From assembly GCF_009914755.1 (NCBI RefSeq), contig NC_060942.1: a stretch of 64,000 bases of DNA. One strand, given 5' to 3'. Each line of letters opens with the position of its first letter. Within the stretch, counting starts at the first letter, position 1. Of this stretch, positions 40,876 to 55,200 are shown one piece after another. The DNA is from the human T2T-CHM13v2.0 reference genome, Homo sapiens. The notes beneath the pieces were generated by a model. It was not told the origin of the DNA and searched no databases. It saw only the letters and a list, made by a program, of their open reading frames with translations. The position numbers and the translations under genes are program-made.

Positions 40876-43009
40876 GTGAGCCTGCAGGAGACGCTGGTGA
40901 GGGGCAGTTCATCAAACCCCACCCAGTTTGAGCCAGCCTTTGGAACTGGCTCCCAGCTGCCTGCAGCCCTGCCACCCTGGCCTCTGATTCCATCCAAACC
41001 CTCAATCAAGAGAAAGAGTTAAGGGAATCTCACATCACCCAGGAGCCTTCTGCTGGAGCACAGTTTATTTAAACTGTCTGGTCCATCTTTATTACTACTG
41101 ACACGCCATCATACAAGTGACTCATAAAACTGGGTATAAAAGGAAGGCAGAATCATTTTTAATCCCTCTAATGTAATATAATGGGAAAATTAATCATTTA
41201 TTGTAGCAGACAATTGAAAACCACTCAGAGTGTTCTCTTCATCCTGAAACTTGGCAGTGGAAGGTTCGTTTCCCACAGTTTTCTGAACTCTGTGCATCTT
41301 TTAAATCTTTGGTAAAGGAAACATCAGATCATTTAAATAAGCCTTCTTTTTCCCCCTAAGCTTCTACATTAAAGAAGCAAACCAACAGTCAGGAATGCAG
41401 GTGAGGCTGGCATCCTGCAGATGTCAGCGTTCTAGGATCTCTTTGCAGTGTGAAAAGAGAAAAAATCACCTGCCTGTTCCCCAGAAAATGTGGCTGGAGT
41501 CTAATTCATTACTCATACTTAAAAATTACTCTCCAGTTTCTCCTGGGGAAATATTTTGCAAAGGGAGTTGAAACTGCACAATGACCCAAGGGATAAACAT
41601 ATTTTAGCTAAATTTGCAACAAAGTAGGGCAAAAGAAGACACAGAGACAAAGCCACTGGGGCTACCCAGACTGGCTGGGCCCCTGATCCTGTGGGATCCC
41701 TTACCAGGGTGGCCTGAACAGTAACATTGCAGCTGCTCACTGCAAGTGCCTGTGTCTAACAGTCAAGGGTCATTTCCCCGGGAATATGCTAATTATCTCT
41801 TTAAGACTTGTTCCCATCTTTCTTTCAACAAGGACTTCCTGGTCACTGGTAAACCCACACTGGTCTCTTCACTGCTCAGGCACAGCCCAGAGAAGCAGCC
41901 AAAACAGATGCCACCAGCCACCGTGCTGTCTACAGGACCCCAGCCAAGGTGACGAGGTGGCATGTGGCCACTGGCTGCTGAGATTGATGCCACTTGAGCT
42001 ATTTAGAAGGCTCCTGCTGTGCTGTGCCAGTCATCAAGTTTACGAAGGAGAAATTGGGATCTGCTCCAGGCAAAACCAAAACACCAAAACTAACATCATC
42101 AACAAAGAGTTGTTACAGATACTAAAGAAAAAAAAGTCTCTGGCCTTGGTGGCGTATTACGGATTCAAATGGCAGAGCACAGTAATGTTTCCAACGAGTT
42201 TTTGATTCAAGGATAAATGTTGGTTCCAAGAGTCTGTTCTTACAGCATCAGAGCCCAAGAGAGCTTCCAGTAAAGAATGTAATTGGCTGACGTGAGGTAC
42301 AGGAACCCAGCAGCTCCTTGGTGGTTTTCAACAGTCCCTTCTTCCACTTTTGTTGACAGGGTGTGAAAATTGGTTGGAACGCCCTAGAACCATCAACCCA
42401 CCAACGCTGGGCCTGCTCTTGCTCATGCCTCCTCCAGGATCTCCGTGGGGCTGGGGCGGGTGGAGAGAGGGCTCTCTGCAGGGGCTGCTGGGCCTCATCC
42501 CATGGTCCTTCCTGCCTCCCACATTGAATGCCTGCTGATCTGGAGGGCACAGAGAGCCCTCACCTCCTTTTCATTCCATCAACAATTTATCGGGTGTCTG
42601 CTGTGTGCCCACTCAATGCAAAATGAAAGACTTGATTATAGTCAGTTCTGAAAAATGTCTTCTGTCACCTAGATCCACAGATTTCATATCGAAGCATGCC
42701 TTGGCATTCAAAACTATTCATTTTCTGAGTTTTGGAAAGTGATATCAAGAGATAGCAATGGATATTCTTTTCTCCAAACAGCTCTATTTCAAAACATTTT
42801 ATTTCGATGATTCAGTCTATGAGCGATGAGGAATAAGGGCATAGCAGAAAAAGGGGGAGCTGATCAGTTGCTTCCAGAAGAGCTACCAAACAAACATCCC
42901 AACACAGTGTTAGCAATCTACCTAAGTCTTTACTTCCAACTTTTAAAAACATTAATTGAACATAGAGTTCCTCCCAGGAATGGGTTTTATTGTATTTTTA
43001 AAAAATGTT

Positions 43010-43466
<457 letters not shown>

Positions 43467-44672
43467 CTACAACATAGGTGAAATTTTATTTTCCTTTTAA
43501 ATCATAAACATTTGTGTTTCTACATAATTTCATACTTTTATCAATGTTTACTGATTCATTGTATTCCATCTAGTACACATACTACAATTTACCTGCAATC
43601 TTTTGCTATTACAAATATCTACAACAAGGATTTTCATGTGTATATGGTTTTTTCCTTTGTTGGAATATTTCCTTAGGAAAATTCATAGGATGGAGATTAT
43701 TGGTCTAATGGGTATTTTTTCTTTTATTTGTTTTTCATGCATTGAAATGTGTTTTGTTTGGAAAGTTTCACAACAGCATTTAAGGTCACAGGGAACACTT
43801 GTGTGTTGCAAAACCAAGGCTGGGGATCCCAGGGCCTGGCATTGACTCTATCAAGCTTTCCACTGGTCTAGAGACACACCAGGCTGTCCTTGAAGCATAA
43901 AGGAGTGCTTTTCAGAGGCAGATAGAAAAAGAGAGTCACATCTGAAACAATACAGACATGGTATACAAATGACTACACTAAGAAAAATGATCTTTTGCCT
44001 TATTGATTTTTTTTCTGCTGCCGTACAGCATGTGATGAAAATGAAGTTCCCACTTTTCATTTTATCTGTGACTCATCAGAAAATCTTTTCAACTACATTC
44101 AGGACTAGCAGTGGGCCTTGTTAATAACAGGCACTCAACACATATTTGTTGAATCAAATTGCAGGGAACTGAATTTTTATAGGACTTTATTCCATTATTC
44201 TGTTTTTGCAGTGGACATATAGCATGAACATGAAATAAACCATTGTTGTCATAGCACGGAGATTTGAGGGTTTGTTACTGTAGCATTCCGTAGACGCTCC
44301 GGGCTGATATGCTACCTGTCAAGTGCTTTATTTGAAAAATGGCTAAATGCACAAAGCTATTTGTAGTAGTATTTATAATTACAAAAGAAAAGAAACTATA
44401 CCTTTGTCTACCAGATTGGGCAAAAAAGAAAAAAAAAGAAAAGAAACTACTGTGGAAATTAAGTAAATAATGGAATTCCACTTCATTTATTATATAATCA
44501 TTAAAATTAATGTTTACAAAGACCTTGAAATTACATGGAAAATTTTTATGTTATAAGATTAATTTTAAGAGGAAGACAAAATTGTAAATGTACATAGTTA
44601 ACATTACATTTCCAAAGCTAGGCATATGGAAAAAGAATGAGAGCAGTGCAACAAAATAATGATGATGATAGC

Positions 44673-44946
44673 TTTATTTTTATTTTTATTTCAGACAGGG
44701 TCTTGCCCTGTCATTGAGGCTGGAGGGCAGTGGCATGATCACAGCTCACTGTAGCCTTGACTTCCCAGGTTCAAGCGATCCTCCCACCTCAGTCTCCTGA
44801 GTAGCTGGGACTGTAAGTGCCTGCTAGTACACCCAGCTAAATTTTTTTTTTTTTTTTTTGGTGGAGATGGGGTCTCCCTACATTGCCCAGGCTGGTCTTG
44901 AACTTTCTGGGCTCAAGGGGTCCTCCTACCTCAGTCTCCCAGAGTG
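44673..44946 (-). mobile_element. AluJ (5'-truncated)
   Basis: Reverse-complement Alu. Confidence 0.88.
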
Positions 44947-45064
44947 TGTCCAGACTCATAGGTTTAAATTTGAGATAATAGATTTGATTTTTTTCTCCTT
45001 TTCCTAATTTTCAGTATTTCTAAGAGTACACATTGTTCTTATACTTAATAGAAATGTTTTGTAA

Positions 45065-45430
<366 letters not shown>

Positions 45431-46149
45431 TAACCGATATTTGTTAAGCACGTATTATGTGCTCCTTATGCTGGGGACACAGCCATGAACGAAAATCTGG
45501 CAAATTCATTTTCTGTTTTAATTGAAGTCATTTGCTAACACTTTTTTTTAAAAAAAATCTGCAATCACTGTTAAAGTTGTGGGTCTACACTTTGCAGCTT
45601 TAGTTAATAATTGTTATTAAACTCTAGAAAATAGGTTCCAGTCAGAATACTGCTAGATATTAAGTGTTCCATAAAGTTGCTGATTATGGACATGTATAGT
45701 TTGTGACAACTACACATATAATGGAATCCAAGTTTTATAGAAACACTCAGCTTGATTATGTAAACCTAGAATTAGAAGCCAGACTCCAACTAGCAGAAAA
45801 GCACAGTCCCACTGGGGCAGAAAACAGGGGAGCAGAGATTTCCTCTGTTGCTCTTAGAGTTGTCTGGCTCTGCCCTCCAAAGCCAGCAAAGCAAAGAGCT
45901 CTGGTTCACAAGATTTTCCCTTAAAAAAGTGTAAAACACTTAGAAGTTAAAAATTAAAAAGAATTAGTGGGGCACTCAATCTGTTTTTTAATAACCTTTA
46001 TTGTTTTACTGATTATAAAAAATAATGTTCTTCATAGAAAATATGAATAATGCAGAAAATTAAGAAGAATATAAAGCCCATCTATAATCCTGCCACACAA
46101 AGATAACCACTGTAATTATTATGGCGAACCTCCATGCAGTCTTTCTTTT

Positions 46150-46378
46150 AGGGTGGCGGTTTGCAAACTTTTTCTATATAGGGCCAGATAGTAAATATTT
46201 CAGGTTTTGCAGGCCGCCCCGCCGCTCACCATTGCAACTCCTCAACTCTGTCATTGCGAAGTGAGGGCCGCCATAAACAATACATAAATGAATGAATGTG
46301 GCTCTGTTCCAATAAAACTGCATTTACAAAACAGGCAGCTGGCCTGATTTGGCCCCACTCACAGTTTGCTGACCCCTG
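46150..46378. mobile_element. MER58A-like hAT-Charlie MITE
   Basis: gcaaactttttctatatagggccagatagtaaatattt...cagtttgctgacccctg. Confidence 0.85.
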
Positions 46379-46563
46379 TTCTAGACCATTCCATTTGGAG
46401 AGAGGCAAGCATGGACTTCCAGATTCATATTTCTCCATCCCCTCCTTGTTATTTCCATTGCCATCATCCTAATCGAAGGAGTCCGTTACTGTCCACCATG
46501 TCCATCCGTCAATAAGTATTTATTGACAGCCAACTACTTAGTACCCAAAGGGTGGTGTATGCT

Positions 46564-46891
<328 letters not shown>

Positions 46892-47677
46892 CTAGAGTTA
46901 TAGGCAGTAAGCAAATGATTACAAATATGCAAATAGTGAAGCGTGCGCATAGGAGAACCCTAGGATGCTCTGGGAGTGTACAATGGGAAAACCTCATCCA
47001 ATTAGAGGCTCCAGGAAAACTTCCCTCAGAGGGTCAGTTAAGCTAACATATGAATGATGAGTAGGGTTTACCAGGGCCACATGGTAGGAGGAGAACATGC
47101 CAGGGAGATGGAAGAGCGAACATGAAGCCCAAGATATGGGAGAGTCCCAACAGCCCAAGGGGCTGAAGAAAGGCCTTGTGGCCAGAGCCCAGAGACATAA
47201 GGTGGGAGGAGTAGGCAGGAGCCAGAACATGCAGGTCTTTTAGACCAGCTAAAGCACTCTGGACTTGATCCTCTGGGTAGCTGGAAGCCATTAAAGAGTC
47301 TTAAGCAGGGGAGTGATGAAATCAGCATTATTGCAATAGATCCTGAACTCAGTGTCCTCCCTCCCCAAGCCACTAGGAAATCTCCGTCTCATTCCTTTTT
47401 GTGCAATGCTGCAGAATACTCTTTTGTGCATCCTCATCTTTCATGGCCCTGCTAAAATACATTTAATAGCACCCCCATGGATGTGACATCAAGCCCAGAT
47501 CCTTAGACCCAGCACTTAGAGCCACCCCATCTCCTGACTCTCCTCCTCTTTTCACCTTCAAACAAGGTCATGTGCTATTCCCTATATGTATTCCCTATTT
47601 TTCCCACCATGGAGAAAGCTGCTTTCTCCACTTAAAAAGTCTTCAAGGTGTTTTTGCCACTTAGAATGTCCTTTGTT

Positions 47678-48032
47678 GTCTTAATCCACTTGGGCTGCTA
47701 TAACAAAAATACCAAGATTGGGTAGTTTGTGAACAACAGAAATTTCTCATAGTTCTGGAGGACGGGAAGTCCAAGATCAAGGCACTGGTAGATTTGGTGT
47801 CTGTTGAGGGCCCACTTCCTGGCTCACAGATGGCCATCTTCTTGCTGTGACTTCACATGGCAGAAGAGGCATGAGAGTTCTCTGGAGCCTCTTTCATAAG
47901 GGCACTAATTCCATTCAAGAGGGTTCCATCCTCAGGACCTAATCACTTCCCAAAGGCCTCACCTCTAAATTCCAGCACCTTTGGGATTTGGTTTCAACAT
48001 ATGAATTTTGGAGGGACATAAACAGTCTATGG
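47678..48032 (-). mobile_element. MaLR solo LTR (MLT1A/MSTD-type)
   Basis: tgtcttaatccacttgggctgctataacaaaatacc...tttcaacatatgaattttggagggacataaac. Confidence 0.85.
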
Positions 48033-48249
48033 CATTACTCTAAATTCCACATCAAATGTAGCCCGTAGTGTACCTGTGCATGGTTCAAGTTCAATTACTA
48101 TGTGTCGAGTGAACATCTGATTGCAAGAATCAAAGGGTAGATGACTTCTCGTCTGAAGTTCCATAATATAATACCTTCCCTATTTCACCAACATCATTGT
48201 ATGCCTCGTATTATAGTCATTTGTGCATTTATTTTATGTCCTTTCCTTA

Positions 48250-48595
<346 letters not shown>

Positions 48596-49028
48596 GTGAA
48601 CCGCTATTTGTTGAGAACTTTAATTTATGGCAGCTGTCATGCTAAGTTATTACATATATTATTTTATTTAAGGTTTATGGCAATGTGGAAGGCTTTTAGT
48701 AATAGTATTACTATTTTACAGATGAAGATTGAGTTACTTGCCCAAGGTCACAAAGCTAATAAAAGATGCTGCTAGGATTTGAGCTCAGGTGTAACTAACT
48801 CTAAAGCCTTCTCTTCTCTATGGAAGTTTCCATCATTGCTTATTACTTACAGTAAGTTATGGTTGTTAAACAGAACAAGAGGAGAAGGACTTGTTAGATA
48901 CACCTACAGAATAATTCTGTCTAAAGCTGGACCTTCTTCACATTTCCTGCCTGCCAATTTCCTATTTAGCAAGAGTTAATCAATCTCTTTTTTGTGAAAA
49001 TGGTGACCCACAGAAAAAAGATCCATCA

Positions 49029-49427
<399 letters not shown>

Positions 49428-49597
49428 CTAAACTTCACACTTAAGTGGCAACTTTAATCAACAATTGAGGAAAAAGTAACAAGAACCTCATTATGTTCCA
49501 TAACACCAGAAAGGAAAAATAAAACTGGTTAAAATTGTTATTTTTTCTAAAAAATTTAAGTTTTAAAACTTAAAACGTTTAAAACCTAAAAGAATAA

Positions 49598-49946
49598 GCT
49601 CAGGCTGCTATAACAAAATACCAAGACTTGGTGGCTTAAACACCAGAAATGTATTTCTCTCAGTTCTGGAGGCTGGAAAGTTCACGAACAAGGTGCTAGC
49701 AGATTTAGAATCTGGTGAGGTCTGTTTCCCGCCTTTAGATGATGCCCTTCTTACTGTGTCCTCGCATGACTGAGAGACAGATCTAAGAATTTACCTGGAC
49801 ATTATTTATTTTTATTTTTTAAATTTTATAGTGATGGGGTCTCACTTGTTGCCCAGGCTGGTCTTGAGCTCTTGGGCTTAAGCAATCGTCCTGCCTCAGC
49901 CTCCCGAAGTGTTAGGATTACAAGTGTGAGCCACTGCAGCCAGCCT
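49598..49946 (-). mobile_element. MaLR LTR fragment (49598-49780) plus Alu left monomer/FLAM (49802-49946)
   Basis: gctcaggctgctataacaaaatacc...; gatggggtctcacttgttgcccaggctgg... Confidence 0.8.
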
Positions 49947-50019
49947 GTCTGTACATTCTTTCAGATGTTTTTAAATATACAGAATCACATTATCCAAAAA
50001 TGATTTTATCACAATTTAA

Positions 50020-50313
50020 ATTTTTTGTTTTTTTTGAGACACAGTCTCTCCTTATCATCCAGGCTGGAGTGCAATGGTGTGACCTCAGCTCACTGCAAAC
50101 TCCGCCTCCCGGGTTCAAGCGATTCTCATGCCTCAGCCCTCAAATAGCTGGAATTACAGGCGCCACTACCACGCCTGGCTAATTTTTGTATTTTTGGTAG
50201 AAGTAGAGTTTCACCATGTTGGCCAGGCTGGTCTCGAAATCCTGACCTCAGGTGATCTGCCCGCCTCAGCCTCAAGGTGCTGGAATTACAGGCATGAGCC
50301 ACTGTGCCCAGCC
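50020..50313 (-). mobile_element. AluS
   Basis: Reverse-complement Alu. Confidence 0.93.
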
Positions 50314-51123
50314 TAATTTCTTTCTTTACAATATTTATGACTTTTATTTCTTTTTCTCCCCTTAGTGCACTGGCCAGAACCTCCCCTTCAATGTTGAAGA
50401 GAAGTGATGATGGTGGTCACCCTTTTTTCCCTCCTGATTTCAGGGAAAAGGTATTCTATATTTTTCCATTGAGTATAGTTTTTGCAAGAGGTTATTTGTC
50501 GGTACCCCTTGTATTGATTTCCTAAGGTTGCTTTAACAAATTAGCACAACTTGGTGGCTTAAAACAACAAAAATTCATTCTCCAACAGTTCTGGAGGCCA
50601 GAAGTCTGAAATCAAAATGTTGGTGGTGTTGTTTCCTTCTGGAAGCTCTGAGGGAGAATCTGTTTCCTGTATTTCTCCTCGTTTCTGGTGATCGTCAGCA
50701 ATGCTTGGCATTCCTTGGCTGATGGATGCATCACCCCAATCTCTGTCTCCATCTTCACATGGCCTTTTCTCTGTGTCTCTGTGTCTTCTCCTCTTCATTG
50801 GACTTAGGGTACTCCCTAAATCCAAGATGACCCCATCTCAAGGTTCTCAACTTAATTACAACTACAGAGACCCTTTTAAACTTTTTTAGTTTTTAATTTT
50901 TGTGGGTACATAGTAGGTGTATATATTTATGGGGTACATGAGATACTTTGATACAGTCATGTAATGTGTAAGACTCACATCATGGTAAATGGGGAATCCA
51001 TCCCCTGAAGCATTTATCCTTTGCATTACAAACAATCCAATTACACCCTTTTAGTTATTTTTAAATGTACAATTAAATCATTATTGACTACAGTCCTCCT
51101 GTTGTGCTATCAAATACTAAGTT

Positions 51124-51444
51124 TGATATGGTTTGGCTGTGTCCCCACCCAAATCTCATCTTGAACTGTAGCTCCCATAATTCCCATGTGTCATAGGAGG
51201 AACCCCATGGGAGGTAACTGAATCATGGGGGCGGGTTTTCCCATGTTATTCTCGGGATAGTGACTCTGGTGATTTTATAAAGGGCACACGCTCTCTTGCC
51301 TACTGCCATGTAAGATGTGACTTTGCTCCTCCTCCTTCCATGATTGTGAGGCCTCCCCAGCCATGTGGAACTTTGAGTCAATTAAATCCCTTTCCTGTAT
51401 AAATTATGCAGTCTCAGGTATGTCTTTATCAGCAGACTAATACA
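51124..51444 (+). mobile_element. THE1B-like solo LTR nested in the L1MA 3'UTR
   Basis: tgatatggtttggctgtgtccccacccaaatctcatc...agactaataca. Confidence 0.92.
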
Positions 51445-51842
51445 AGGTCTTACTCATTCTTTCTAACTATATGTACTTTTTGTACCCATTAATCATCCCC
51501 ACTTCCCCCCAACCCCCACTCCCTCACTACTCTTCCCAGCCTCTAGTAACCATCCTTCTACTCTCTATCTCCATGAGTTCAATTGTTTTGATTTTTAGTT
51601 CCCACATAATAAGTGAGAACATATGAAATTTATCTTTCTGTGCCTGGCTTATTTCACTTAATATAATGACATTGAGTTCCATCCATGTTGTTGCAAATGA
51701 TAGGATCTCATTCTTTCTCATGGCTGAATAGTACTCCATGGTATATATGTACCACATTTGCTTTATCCATTCATCTGTTGATGTATGTAAAGCAACTTAG
51801 GTTGCTTCCATGTCTTGGCTATTGCGAATGGTGCTTCAATAA

Positions 51843-52216
<374 letters not shown>

Positions 52217-55200
52217 GATAACTCTATTTTTAGGTTTTTGAGGAACCTCCAAACTGTTCTCCATAGTTGTTCTAATTTACATTTCCCCCAACAATGTATG
52301 AGGGTTCCCTTTTCTCCACCTCCTTGCTAGCATTTGTTATTGCCTGTCTTTTGATAAAAGCCATTTTAACTGGGGTGAGATGATACCTCATTGTAGTTTT
52401 GATTTGCATTTCTCTGGTGATCAATGATGTTGCACACCTTTTCATATGCTTGTTTGACATTTGTATGTTATCTTTTGAGAGATATCTACTCAGGTCTTTT
52501 GCCCATTTTTAAAATTGGATTCTTCAAATTTTTTCTATAGTGTTGTTTGAGATCCTTATATATTCTGGTTATTAATCCCTTGTCACAGGGTTAAGTTTGC
52601 AAATATTTTCTCCCATTCTGTGGGTTGTCTCTTCACTTTGTTGATTGTTTCCTTTGCTATGCAGAAGCTTTTTAACTTGATGTGATCCCATTTGTACATT
52701 TTTGCTTTGGTTGCTTATGCTTGTGGGGTGTTACTCAAGAAATTTTTGCCCAGACCAATGTCCTGGAGCATTTCCCCAATGTTTTCTTGTAGAAGTTTCA
52801 TAGTTTGAGGTCTTAGATTAAAGTCTGTAATCCACTTTGATTTTATTTTTGTATATGGCAAGAGACAGGGGTCTAGTTAAAGTTTTCTGCGTATGGATAT
52901 ACAGTTTTCCCAACATCATTTATTCAAGAGAGTTTCTTTTCCGCAGTGTATGTTCTTGGCACCTCTGTCAAAAATGAGTTCACTGTAAGTGTGTGGACTT
53001 GTTTCTAGGTTCTCTATTCTGTTCCATGGTCTGTGTGTCTGTTTTTATGCCAGGACCATGCTGTTTTGGTTACCATAGCTATGTAGTACAATTTGAAGTC
53101 AGATAATGTGATTCCTCCAGTTTTGTTCTTTTTGCTCAGGATAGCTTTGGCTGTTATGGGTCGTTTGTGTTTCCATACAAATTTTATGGAAATGTTATGG
53201 ATAGCTTGTATGTGGTTCCATACAAATTTTATGGATTTTTTTTCTGTTTCTGTGAAGAATGTCACTGGTATTTTAACAGGGATTGCATTGAATCTGTAGA
53301 TTTCTTTGGCTAGTATGAACATTTTAACCATATTAATTCTTCCGATCAATAACATGGAATATTTTTGTATGTCCTCTTCTGTAGAATTTTTGTGACTTTC
53401 CTTTTTCTGTGTCCTCTTCGATTTCTTTTATCAGTGTTTTATAGTTATGATTGTATAAATGTTTCACTTCTTTGGTTAAGCTAATTCCTAGGTGTTTACT
53501 TTTATATGTGGCTATTTTAAATGGAATTGCTTTTTAAATTTCTTTTTCAGATTATTCACTGTTGGTATATAAAAATGCTACTGATTTTTGTATGTTGATT
53601 TTATATCCTGCAGTTTTTCTGAAAGATACTGAAGTTTTTCATTTCAGTTTTACTAAAGTTTCTTGGTGGAATCTTTAGGTTTTTCCAAATATAAGATTAT
53701 ATCGTCTGCAAACAAGGATAACTCATTTCTTTCCAGTTTGAATGCCCCTTATTTCTTTCTCTTGTCTGATTGCTCTAGCTAGGATTTCTAGTATCAGGTT
53801 GAGTAACCGTGGTGAAAGTGGGCATCTTTGTTGTGTTCCAGATGTTAGAGGAAAGGCTTTCAGTTTTTTCCCATTCTACATTATACTAGCTGTGAATCTG
53901 TCATATATATATTTTTTATTATGTTGAGGTATGTTTCTTTTATACCCAGTTTTTTTAGGATTTTTTTTAATCATGAAAGGTTGTTGAATGTTATCAAATG
54001 CTTTCTCAGCGTCAGTTGAAATGATCATATGGTTTTTGTCCTTTATTCTGTTGATATGACATATCACATTGATTGATTTGCATTTGAACCATCCTTGCAA
54101 CCCTGGAATAAATCCCAATTGGTCATGAATGAGTGATTTTTTTAATGTATTGTTGAATTTGGTTTGTTAGTATTTTGTTGAGGATTTTTACATCAATATT
54201 CATCACAGATATTGGCCTGTAGTTTTCTCCTTTTTTTGATGTGCCTTTGTCTGGTTTTGGTACCCGGGTAATACTGGCCTCATAGAATGAGTTTGGAAGA
54301 ATTCCCTCCTTCTATATTTTCTTGGAGTAGTTCAAATAGGATTGGTATTCTTTAAATGTTTGGTAGAATTCAGCAATAAAGCCATCGGGTCCCGGGGTTT
54401 TCTTTACTGGAAGACTCTATTACAGCTTCCATCTCATTACTTGTTATTGGTCTGTTCAGGTTTTGGATTTCCTCCCAGTTCAATCTTGGTAGGTTGTATG
54501 TATCTAGAAATTTGTCCATTTCTTCCAGATTTTCCAATTTATTGGGATATAGTTGCTTATAGTAGCCACTAATGATCCTTTGAATTCCTGTAGTATTGAT
54601 CATGATGTCTCCTTTTTCATTGCTAATTTTACTTATTTGGGTCTTCTCTCTTTTTTTCTTAGTCTGGCTAAACATTTGTCAACGTTATTTATCTTTTCAA
54701 AATACCAACTTTTTATTTCATTTATCTTCTGTATCGTTTTCTTCATTCAATTTCATTTATTTCTGCTGTGATTTTTATCATTTCTTCTACTAATTTTGGG
54801 CTTTATTGGCTCTTGCTTTTCTAGTTCTCTAAGATGCATCATTAGGTTATTTGAAGTTTTTCTTCTATTTTGATGTAGGCATTTATGGCTATAAATTTCC
54901 CTCTTAGTACTGCTTTTGCTATATCCCATAGGTTTGGGTATGTTGTGTTTCCATTATCATTTGTTTCACGACATTTTTCAGTTTCCTTCTTAATTTCTTC
55001 ATGTTGACCCAGTGGTCATTCAGGAGCATATTGTTTAACTTCCATGTGTTTGTATGGTTTACAAAATACCTCTTGTTATGATTTCTAATTTTATTCCATT
55101 GTGGTTAGAGAAGATGGGTGATATTATTTCAGGTTTTTTTGAATGTTTTAAGATTTGCTTTGTCACCTAACATATGGTCTATCCTTAAAAATAATCCATG

